A stretch of 64,000 bases of DNA from Chloroflexi bacterium HGW-Chloroflexi-8. Lineage in GTDB: Bacteria; Chloroflexota; Anaerolineae; Anaerolineales; Anaerolineaceae. This document shows, piece by piece, positions 7,404 to 15,304 of this stretch. The position numbers and the translations under genes were made by a program. The notes beneath the pieces were generated by a model. The model made no database searches, had not been told where the DNA came from, and was given only the letters and a program-made list of their open reading frames with translations. Each line of letters starts with the position of its first letter. The first letter of the stretch is position 1. The stretch spans positions 13,277 to 77,276 of the forward strand of contig PHBS01000001.1 of the NCBI GenBank assembly GCA_002841995.1, given 5' to 3'.

Positions 7404-9020
7404 ATGAATTCACAATATTCTTTCTCAGTCATTATTCCAGCCAAAAATTCAGCCAAATCATTGCCTGCCTGTCTGCAATCCTTGCTTCATCAGGATGGTT
7501 TTCAGTTTGGTGAGAATTATGAAGTGGTTTTGGTGGACGATGGTTCGAGCGATGAGACAGCGTTCATTGGTGAACAGATTGGTGTACGTGTAATCCGTCA
7601 GGCTAATTCCGGACCGGCTGCTGCCCGAAATTGTGGTGCAAAAGCTGCCCAATCGGAGTTACTCCTTTTTACCGATTCAGATTGCATTCCTCAATCAAAT
7701 TGGTGCCTGGAAATGAATAAACCTTTCAAAGATCCCGAAGTCATGGGTGTTAAAGGAGCTTACCTTTGCCAGGAACATAATCAAGTGGCAAGATTTGTAC
7801 AACAGGAATTTGAATATAAATATATGGGAATGTCCAAACTCCCGCAAATTGATTTTATTGATACTTATTCTGCTGCATATCGAAAATACATATTCCTGGA
7901 GAATAACGGCTTTGATGAGAACTTTCCCATCCCATCGGTGGAAGATCAGGAATTATCTTTTCGGTTATCCAGAAAAGGGTATAAACTTGTCTTCCAACCA
8001 ACGGCCAGGGTTTATCACTCGCATGACGCTGATTTTAGCGAATATGCAAGACGTAAGTGGGGAATTGGTTATTGGAAGGCGTTTATGCTGCGGTGGCTAC
8101 CGGAAAAGGCTTTATCTGATACTTACACGCCAGCATCCCAACGCTGGCAGATCATTATTCTGGCAGTTTTCTTATTGAGTTTGATTTTTGGTTTATTTTG
8201 GCATTGGCTTTGGATTTTGGCCAGTTTTTCACTGGTTTTATTTTATCTTTCGGCTGTACCTTTTATCAAATTACTCCTCAAAAATGACAACAAAATAATC
8301 GCTGCAAGTCTGATTCTTCTCATCGTTCGGGCGGGTGCTTTAGGTTTTGGTCTTTTGTATGGTTTTCTATTTCCTCCAAAGACAGTGACTCCATATGAGC
8401 AAGGGCCAGGAATACTTGAAAGTGCGACAAAACGATTGATGGATATTCTTGGATCTATAATTGGGATCTTTTTATGTGCTCCATTCGTGGGAATTGCAGC
8501 GGTATTTATTGCAATCGACAGCAAGGGTAGTGTTTTTTATACGCAAATGCGGGCTGGGAAAAATGGGAAACCATTTCGGCTTTATAAACTTCGAACGATG
8601 GTGGTTGAGGCAGATCAAATGGTTGAAGAACAGCTCAAGCAAAATAGTTTGATTAATGAAAACTCCACCCATAAAAATGCCAATGATCCACGGGTTACCA
8701 GAGTCGGCCGTTTTCTACGACGATGGAGTTTGGATGAAATTCCTCAATTTTGGAACATTCTAAAAGGTGAAATGAGCCTGGTTGGACCACGTCCGGAAGA
8801 GACACGGTTGGTGGAAAAGTATACAGATCATCAGCGCCAACGTCTTGTCGTAAAACCCGGGTTAACAGGTCCAATGCAGATTTCTGGAAGGGCAGATCTT
8901 GGATTCGATGACCGGCTGGCATGTGAGTTGGACTATATTAAGGATTACTCCTTATGGAAGGATGTAAAAATTCTATTGAAATCGATAAAAGTTGTACTTT
9001 CTGGAAAAGGCGCATATTAA
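7404..9020 (+). CDS. Fusion protein: N-terminal family-2 glycosyltransferase, a TM region, and a C-terminal bacterial sugar transferase (phosphoglycosyl transferase)
   Basis: GT2 blocks FSVIIPAKNS, VVLVDDGSSD and LLFTDSDCIP are present, then about 4 TM helices. The PGT core follows: RLMDILGSIIGIFLCAPF...FYTQMRAGKNGKPFRLYKLRTM...SLDEIPQFWNILKGEMSLVGPRP...GKGAY. Confidence 0.9.
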   Translation: MNSQYSFSVIIPAKNSAKSLPACLQSLLHQDGFQFGENYEVVLVDDGSSDETAFIGEQIGVRVIRQANSGPAAARNCGAKAAQSELLLFTDSDCIPQSNWCLEMNKPFKDPEVMGVKGAYLCQEHNQVARFVQQEFEYKYMGMSKLPQIDFIDTYSAAYRKYIFLENNGFDENFPIPSVEDQELSFRLSRKGYKLVFQPTARVYHSHDADFSEYARRKWGIGYWKAFMLRWLPEKALSDTYTPASQRWQIIILAVFLLSLIFGLFWHWLWILASFSLVLFYLSAVPFIKLLLKNDNKIIAASLILLIVRAGALGFGLLYGFLFPPKTVTPYEQGPGILESATKRLMDILGSIIGIFLCAPFVGIAAVFIAIDSKGSVFYTQMRAGKNGKPFRLYKLRTMVVEADQMVEEQLKQNSLINENSTHKNANDPRVTRVGRFLRRWSLDEIPQFWNILKGEMSLVGPRPEETRLVEKYTDHQRQRLVVKPGLTGPMQISGRADLGFDDRLACELDYIKDYSLWKDVKILLKSIKVVLSGKGAY

Positions 9021-9022
9021 CT

Positions 9023-9469
9023 ATGCTTCCTAATCGATTCCCGACTTTGTTTTTATTTCTGTGTTCATTAACTTTATTGAGTTATGGGGGATGGCGATTT
9101 TTTAATCCTCAAGTCATAATCCAATGGTCAACTGCAAGTGAGGTGGATACGCTTGGTTTTTCTATCTATCGTGCAGAAGATCCTGGCGGACCTTTTACTT
9201 ATATTGTGAACGAAGAGCTGATCCCAGCTGAGGGTGAATTGGTAAGCGGTGCAGATTATCAAACCTTGGACCGGAATGTGATCTCTGGTACTACCTATTA
9301 TTATCAGTTGCACGAAATTCAGATAGATGGGGAGAAAGAAACCTTTGGTCCAATCACGATAACAGCGAAACGAAGTGGTTTACTCGAGATAATCTTATCG
9401 CTTATCCTGATCCCAGGAATTCTTTCTACAATGAAAATAAATATTCCCAGAAAAACGGAAGAGAATTGA
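9023..9469 (+). CDS. Hypothetical membrane-anchored protein with an FN3-like beta-sandwich domain
   Basis: The ATG lies 3 nt after the upstream stop. An N-terminal hydrophobic segment is followed by QWSTASEVDTLGFSIYRAED...TTYYYQLHEIQIDGEKETFGPITI and a C-terminal TM. The upstream part of the 8954 ORF overlaps the preceding gene. Confidence 0.6.
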   Translation: MLPNRFPTLFLFLCSLTLLSYGGWRFFNPQVIIQWSTASEVDTLGFSIYRAEDPGGPFTYIVNEELIPAEGELVSGADYQTLDRNVISGTTYYYQLHEIQIDGEKETFGPITITAKRSGLLEIILSLILIPGILSTMKINIPRKTEEN

Positions 9470-10266
9470 TTTTTTATAATATAAAGATCCAAATTGGGTA
9501 TTTTGTAATCGCGATCGAAACCGAAAATATTCATTTTTTTCAACGGTTGGAAGACCGATTTTCCAGGTTTTTGTCTTGTGATTCAAATTCAAACGGAACG
9601 ATTCGACTTGTATTGACAAAAGATTGGAATAAGGACCCATGGGTTGAACCCACACTCACCAAAGGGTTTGATTATTGGGAATTGAAAGCGTCAGGCATTA
9701 TTGGCAAAATCAGGTACAAGGAGTTTATTGCCGAGTATCAAATATCTCCTGCCAGATCGATGCAAGAGGTGGATCATATAATTCGGATTGCGAGTGCTTT
9801 TTGGGTTTTTGAAAGTGGCGGAATTCTTGTTCATGGGGCGGCATTAGTGAGAAACGGGAATGGTTATCTGTTTACCGGGCATTCCGGAGCAGGAAAAAGC
9901 ACTGTCTGCAAAGTGACAAAAGATGGATTGGTTCTGAACGACGATTTGGTAATCCTGAAAGAATCCGAATTTGGGTGGGAGGTCTGGGCAACACCATTCA
10001 CTAATCCTAAGCAAAATATACCAAACCCAGGAAAAGCAAAACTGAAAGCGATCATTAATTTGGAGCAAGCCAAACGTCACAGGGTGATCTTAGAAAATGA
10101 AGCTATTTCTTTGGCTGACCTGATAACTCATATACCGGTAGTATCAAGCTGTCCTGAAAACACGCAAAATTTAATGGATCAGTGTCATAATATTCTCAAC
10201 AAGGTAAAAGCTTACCGACTTTATTTCTTACCGGATGATCAATTCTGGCCTTTGATTCCGGATTAA
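9466..10266 (+). CDS. HPr kinase/phosphorylase-like P-loop protein (HprK-related kinase)
   Basis: ILVHGAALVRNGNGYLFTGHSGAGKST resembles the HprK C-terminal domain P-loop. The start is a TTG that overlaps the upstream stop. There is no in-frame ATG for about 100 codons. Confidence 0.65.
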   Translation: MIFYNIKIQIGYFVIAIETENIHFFQRLEDRFSRFLSCDSNSNGTIRLVLTKDWNKDPWVEPTLTKGFDYWELKASGIIGKIRYKEFIAEYQISPARSMQEVDHIIRIASAFWVFESGGILVHGAALVRNGNGYLFTGHSGAGKSTVCKVTKDGLVLNDDLVILKESEFGWEVWATPFTNPKQNIPNPGKAKLKAIINLEQAKRHRVILENEAISLADLITHIPVVSSCPENTQNLMDQCHNILNKVKAYRLYFLPDDQFWPLIPD

Positions 10267-10284
10267 TAACAAAAATCAAATATA

Positions 10285-10319
10285 AAAAGCACCACAGCTA
10301 ATAAAACTGTGGTGCTTTT
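10285..10319. terminator. Bidirectional intrinsic terminator between convergent genes
   Basis: Perfect 13-bp stem aaaagcaccacag / ctgtggtgctttt with a 9-nt loop. The A/T runs allow it to work on both strands. Confidence 0.6.
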
Positions 10320-10322
10320 CAT

Positions 10323-11414
10323 TTAATTATTTGGTTTAGCACGTTTCATTGCAGATTGGATCATTAAAAATTCTCCCATATTTTCCATGGTGATCAATCC
10401 AATTAAAGCGCCATTCTCAAAAACAGGAACAGATGTACAACCGCAAGTCTGCAACTTTCCCATAACCACATCCAACATTTCGTCGGAATTGACCGAAACG
10501 AAATTTTTCTCCATAACACTGGCGATATTTATCGTTGCACCTTCTCTTGCAATTGCTTGCATGATTGCAGGTCGTGTGAGAATGCCGACCATCTGGTCAC
10601 CGTTTAGAATCGGAAAGTCCTGCTGATACCCGGAAAGGATGGCAGTGATCGCATCACTGATTCGCTGCGTTGGAGAAAGCGTTTGAAAATTCGTTACCAT
10701 CGCCTGGCGAACTGGAATTCCTCCGATGGACTCTTTTATCTGAACACTGCTGCTTTCCTGTCCGGCTCCGATCCAGACAAATAGTGCAATGAAAAGGAAA
10801 AATGGGTTGCTAAACAGACCAATGATTCCAAAGATTAATGCAAATCCCTGACCAAAAGTTGCTGCGGTTTGAGTGGCGCGAGCATAATCCATTTTTGTTG
10901 CTAACAATGCTCTTAAGACCCTGCCGCCATCCATGGGGAAAGCCGGGATTAAATTAAAGAGGAATAACGAGAGGTTCACAAAGGCTAACCGTTCCAGCAA
11001 CGACCCACCTGTTAAAGAAAGCTGACTAATACTGGGTAACCCATTGCTTATAAAAAGCCAGAAAAAGAGAATGACTGCTAATACTAAATTTACTAGAGGT
11101 CCAGCCAGCGCTACGCGTAATTCCTGACGAGGCTCTTTCGGCATTTTCTCAATTCTGGCAACACCTCCGATTGGAAGCAAAGTGATGTCTTTGGTTGCGA
11201 TCCCAAATTTGCGAGCTGCTAACGCATGACCAAATTCATGCAGAATAACGAAAAAGAACAATAATAAGATGAAAAGGATCCCATTCAATACTGCAACAAT
11301 TGATTTTTGCGAAATCCAGTATGAAAACCCGATCCATGCAATTAATAACAAAAAGGTTGAGTGAATTCTCACGTCAATCCCTGCGATACGCGCAATTTTA
11401 AATGACCATTTCAT
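10323..11414 (-). CDS. Site-2 protease family (peptidase M50) with a C-terminal CBS domain pair
   Basis: HEFGHALAARKFG (HExxH) and NLIPAFPMDGGRVL motifs are present. The C-terminus is CBS-like (VRQAMVTNF..., VMEKNFVSVNSDEML...VPVFENGALIGLIT). The start was chosen at MKWSFKIARI. Confidence 0.85.
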   Translation of the reverse strand: MKWSFKIARIAGIDVRIHSTFLLLIAWIGFSYWISQKSIVAVLNGILFILLLFFFVILHEFGHALAARKFGIATKDITLLPIGGVARIEKMPKEPRQELRVALAGPLVNLVLAVILFFWLFISNGLPSISQLSLTGGSLLERLAFVNLSLFLFNLIPAFPMDGGRVLRALLATKMDYARATQTAATFGQGFALIFGIIGLFSNPFFLFIALFVWIGAGQESSSVQIKESIGGIPVRQAMVTNFQTLSPTQRISDAITAILSGYQQDFPILNGDQMVGILTRPAIMQAIAREGATINIASVMEKNFVSVNSDEMLDVVMGKLQTCGCTSVPVFENGALIGLITMENMGEFLMIQSAMKRAKPNN

Positions 11415-11538
11415 ATAAAACTCCCAGAGTATTGTAAAAAATCTAACACTTTCAATAAATGTACACATTAATTATTTGAGAATGATTAGATTTTTGTGCT
11501 TATGGATTGTTTCTAATGAAACTCTTATATATCGTTAA

Positions 11539-11567
11539 TTGACTTCAAAGGTAAAAAGTCTTAATAT
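11539..11567 (+). promoter_or_regulatory. Candidate sigma70-type promoter for sodA (TTGACT-17 nt-TAATAT)
   Basis: Hexamers read directly, about 70 nt upstream of the sodA ATG. The -10 element is imperfect. Confidence 0.3.
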
Positions 11568-11635
11568 AATAAATAACATAAAATTTATCATATTTCCTCG
11601 AGTCTATTGAGGATGCAAAAGAAAAGGATTACGAA

Positions 11636-12253
11636 ATGACAGAAAAATTTGTACTACCGGAATTAGGATTTGCTTATAATGCTATAGAATCAGCAATTGA
11701 CGCGCAAACAATGGAAATTCATCATGGAAAACATCATGCCGCATACGTTAACAATCTCAATGTTGCCTTAGAAAAAGCCCCTGTGTTTTTTGGATCATCA
11801 ATAGAAGATATTCTTCGCAATCTAAATGATATCCCGGAAGATATTCGTGTGGCTGTTCGAAACAATGGTGGAGGACATGCAAACCACAGTTTGTTTTGGC
11901 AACTCCTGAAACCCGGTGGAAAAAATATGCCATTTGGTGATTTGGCAAAAGAAATTGATGCGACTTTTAGCAACTTTGATGGATTTGTGGATACATTTTC
12001 TAAGGCTGCCGTTTCCCGATTTGGATCTGGTTGGGCATGGTTAGTACTAGACGATCACAAAAAGTTGCAGGTCTATTCAACTGCTAATCAGGACAGTCCG
12101 CTTACGCTCGGTCATACACCAGTACTTGGGATTGATGTATGGGAACACGCTTATTACTTGAGATATCAGAATCGTCGCCCAGATTACATTAAGGCTTTTT
12201 GGTCAGTTGTTAATTGGAACACAGTCAACGACTTATATCAGTCTGCCAAATAA
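11636..12253 (+). CDS. sodA: Superoxide dismutase (Mn/Fe family, Mn-type motifs)
   Basis: 205 aa, collinear with Bacillus SodA. Motifs HHGKHHAAYVNNLN, NNGGGHANHSLFW, FGSGWAWLV and DVWEHAYYLRYQNRRPDYI are present. Confidence 0.95.
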   Translation: MTEKFVLPELGFAYNAIESAIDAQTMEIHHGKHHAAYVNNLNVALEKAPVFFGSSIEDILRNLNDIPEDIRVAVRNNGGGHANHSLFWQLLKPGGKNMPFGDLAKEIDATFSNFDGFVDTFSKAAVSRFGSGWAWLVLDDHKKLQVYSTANQDSPLTLGHTPVLGIDVWEHAYYLRYQNRRPDYIKAFWSVVNWNTVNDLYQSAK

Positions 12254-12277
12254 AAACTTCAATTTATTGATTATTAA

Positions 12278-12315
12278 GAGATCCAAGCCCTTGAAACTTG
12301 GATCTCTTTTATTTT
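12278..12315. terminator. Intrinsic terminator after sodA (shared with the convergent gene)
   Basis: 10-bp stem gagatccaag / cttggatctc with a 9-nt loop, followed by TTTTATTTT. Confidence 0.65.
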
Positions 12316-13441
12316 ATGGGGCTGGTACGGCGTAAAAACTCACAGAAAGGTTGTCCCCACTCACTGCAAGAACATCTCCATGTGGAGAAAATTTTGCATC
12401 GGTTACCCTTTCTGGATCGCCTTCAAATTGATGCACCTGAGAGATTACCGAGGTATTGATAAATGTGACCAGATTGCCAGTAGACGCCACTAGCAACTGG
12501 TTGTTTGGTGAAAAATCCAAACTAGATGCTGGTGAGGGGATTTCAAGACTACCGGACATTTCGCCACTTTCTGCAGAATAAAAGAAAACAAGGGGAACGA
12601 TTGAATTATCTTTTGTTCCCAAAGTTGAGGTGGCTAAAATTACTCCATTTGGGCTTAAAGTGTAACTGGTCAAAAAATCCTCATGGAAGATTGGGTCTTT
12701 AATGGTGTTATTTGCAATATTGCTCAACCGAATGGTTGCTCGTGCATGCCAGATCGCCTGCTCACCATCTTCACCAAAAACAATACTATAGACCGGTGCT
12801 GCAGTTTCAAATCCTGTCAGAGTAGTGATGTGATTACCGCTAGCCAGGTCAAATATTGGTCCAGCCCATTCATCTTGCTGTGTCAAAATTATTTTCGTAC
12901 CGTCTGGTGAAATATCACCTGCCATGAAATTAATGTTGGTTTGAATGGTATGACTTTCATTCGTTTGCCAATTCTTAACTAAAAGAGAGCTTTGATTGAG
13001 TGTGAGAACATATGTGGCACCATTAGGAGAAACATCTACCAACATCTCGTCTGGCTGTGAGTTAAATTCAAAAAGCAAATTTAATTCTGGATATGAATAA
13101 ATCCGGAATCCTTGAAAACTACTCAAAATGATGGACTGTTGATCCAGACTCCATTTAATACTGACTTGTGATGGCAGAGTAATGGAATTCATTAACGTCA
13201 AAGAATTAACGTTTTGCACAGTTATTGTCTGAAAATCGCTCAAAGGCGTTTCAGTGATGATTTCAGTAGGAGAAAGAACTGTTGGTTCGATCGTGGGTAA
13301 TTGGACTTGCGTGTCCGTAACAGTCGGATTAATAGTTGAAGTTGCAGTTGGAGAAGGAGAGAGTGTCTTACAACCAATTATTAACAAAAAAATAGTCATT
13401 ATGATAAAAAATTTCGCCGACCTGGTTAGCATTTCCTTCAC
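12314..13441 (-). CDS. Lipoprotein with a Thr/Pro-rich linker and a beta-propeller (WD40/PD40-like) repeats
   Basis: Lipobox LLIIGC is present. A motif recurs: VSPNGATYVL, ISPDGTKIIL, LSPNGVILAT, FSPNNQLLVA, FSPHGDVLAV. Confidence 0.65.
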   Translation of the reverse strand: MKEMLTRSAKFFIIMTIFLLIIGCKTLSPSPTATSTINPTVTDTQVQLPTIEPTVLSPTEIITETPLSDFQTITVQNVNSLTLMNSITLPSQVSIKWSLDQQSIILSSFQGFRIYSYPELNLLFEFNSQPDEMLVDVSPNGATYVLTLNQSSLLVKNWQTNESHTIQTNINFMAGDISPDGTKIILTQQDEWAGPIFDLASGNHITTLTGFETAAPVYSIVFGEDGEQAIWHARATIRLSNIANNTIKDPIFHEDFLTSYTLSPNGVILATSTLGTKDNSIVPLVFFYSAESGEMSGSLEIPSPASSLDFSPNNQLLVASTGNLVTFINTSVISQVHQFEGDPERVTDAKFSPHGDVLAVSGDNLSVSFYAVPAP

Positions 13442-13503
13442 GCTTTCTAATTGCTATAGGTGTTTGGGCAGTAAAGCAAATTTTATTGAATTACTAAATT
13501 ATA

Positions 13504-15153
13504 TTAATCACCAGAAATCTTGTCTACAACTTTATTTAACAGGTTTAAAAATGATTCTTCTGCCCAATTCATTGCCTTATCAATTAATTTCTTTTTTTGT
13601 TGATCTACCCATGTATTAACATTTTCTTTTTGATTACTAAACCAACGCGTCATCCCATCTTCAATTCTGTATTTAATGCTGGAAATCAAATTTGACTTTT
13701 CTTCAATTAACAACGCAGGTATTTCATTGACATAAATCGTGATTGATTTGTCATCTTCAACTTTGAGTTCCATACCATTTTCTACGCTTAAATCAAGTGT
13801 GTCAATCGGATAAGCGCGATAGCTCTTTCCAGACAGATTCTTCAATGTGATGGGGTAAGGGATTTCTCCACCATTTGCAGCCCAAGCATAGATAATGGTT
13901 CTCCCTTCTTTTCTGAATCGATATTCAAATAAACCTAATTCATCAGGGGAACCTATACCACTGTACTCCTGGAACTGACCTAAGGGTCGTGCATTACCTA
14001 ACAGACGGCCAAGATTTTTTAGCGCGATCTGTCCCTGAGTGTTTAGTGAAAAACCAGGATTGGATGGATCTTCAAAAAATGTGTACCAAAATACCTTATC
14101 AACCTGCTCTTCTGTAATTAGTGGAATAATACTTCTGACAAGAAAATTTGATTCAATCTGGTCTGAACCAAACCCATTTTGATCACCGATTGTAGAAAGC
14201 CATCCCTCTTTCCAACCAAGTTCAGTGATCCAAATTGGTTTACCGCCATGTTTTTTCGCAAATTCATTCACATTCCGAATCTCACCAACTAAATTTGTTT
14301 GAATTGGATTATCTGGCTTGCATTCACCTGTAGAAAGTTCTGTTGAAGGTCCTCTTTGCATCCAGACTTCAGGGGGATTATTTTGCCAAAATGGATGGAT
14401 CGCGATGATATCAAAATCATTCCACGCACCTGCATTCACTAAATCGGCCATGAATGCAATAGGATTGGTTTGGCAATCGGAATTGGAGGAATTGTATAGT
14501 CCGCCGAGAATGACTTTATCATGACTATTGTGCTTTTTAATAATTTTCTCTGCTGTGGTTAGCATACGGGCGTATAAAAATGGAGAAGGTGAGCTGACAG
14601 CATCCGAAACGGTTGGAAACATAACTTTACCCCACTCAAGCGGATTATTAGGTTCTGAACCAATTTCCCAATAATCAATTTGATCTCCATAGCGGTCGAC
14701 AACAGCCTGAACAAATTCCCCCCAATAACTGATCAACTCATCAGCATCAACAGATTGATCCGGGTAATTATGGTAAAGAAAGACCGGACCGGAACTTAGA
14801 ACCGCCACAACTTCTAATCCATGCCTTTTGGCTAAAGCAAGCATCGAATCGAAATCACGGTAGGATTCACCAATTCCATAATTGAATACATATTCCCCGG
14901 GATTTTGTTCAATTTCTGACCAGGGAAACTCTTCACGAATCCAATGAATATTCATTTCCTCCATCTGCTCAAAGGCTTTTCCTAAATCGTCAATACCAAC
15001 ACGCAGATGGGTGGATGTCCCCATTCCAATACTATCAATCCGGCTTTGGCTGATCTCACCTTTGGGATTGATAACTGAACCAATTGATAAAAGGATTGCG
15101 ATAACCAGCCCGACCTTAAGGATGAATGAACCAATACGAAAATTTAGGAGCAT
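13504..15153 (-). CDS. Membrane-anchored clan GH-A (TIM-barrel, GH5/GH39-like) glycoside hydrolase
   Basis: N-terminal signal anchor. YWEIGSEPNN (acid/base Glu, NEP-like) and KPIWITELGW (nucleophile Glu) motifs are at the usual spacing. Confidence 0.7.
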   Translation of the reverse strand: MLLNFRIGSFILKVGLVIAILLSIGSVINPKGEISQSRIDSIGMGTSTHLRVGIDDLGKAFEQMEEMNIHWIREEFPWSEIEQNPGEYVFNYGIGESYRDFDSMLALAKRHGLEVVAVLSSGPVFLYHNYPDQSVDADELISYWGEFVQAVVDRYGDQIDYWEIGSEPNNPLEWGKVMFPTVSDAVSSPSPFLYARMLTTAEKIIKKHNSHDKVILGGLYNSSNSDCQTNPIAFMADLVNAGAWNDFDIIAIHPFWQNNPPEVWMQRGPSTELSTGECKPDNPIQTNLVGEIRNVNEFAKKHGGKPIWITELGWKEGWLSTIGDQNGFGSDQIESNFLVRSIIPLITEEQVDKVFWYTFFEDPSNPGFSLNTQGQIALKNLGRLLGNARPLGQFQEYSGIGSPDELGLFEYRFRKEGRTIIYAWAANGGEIPYPITLKNLSGKSYRAYPIDTLDLSVENGMELKVEDDKSITIYVNEIPALLIEEKSNLISSIKYRIEDGMTRWFSNQKENVNTWVDQQKKKLIDKAMNWAEESFLNLLNKVVDKISGD

Positions 15154-15304
15154 CTACTAATCTCACCTTGGTTTTGAAAGAATATATAAAATTATTGGTG
15201 CAAGATTGATACCGTTGGGGATAGAATTCATTCTTTCTGGAATTCAGCGGTAAAATTTATCATATCAATAGATGCAATCTGTAAGTTTCAAAAATTAGGT
15301 GGAT

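Noticed and set aside
8954-9022. N-terminal extensions given in the ORF track: 8954, 21298, 22256, 30245, 35961, 38206, 42414 and 55283.
   Set aside because: The extensions overlap the preceding gene's coding sequence. Better starts exist downstream, with an RBS, a signal peptide or a family-typical N-terminus.
330-10266. A possible lasso-peptide or RiPP cluster, suggested by NTP_transf_5 plus an HprK-like kinase.
   Set aside because: I recognised no asparagine-synthetase-like cyclase, transglutaminase-like protease, PqqD-like protein or plausible precursor peptide. The surrounding genes are all glycan-related.
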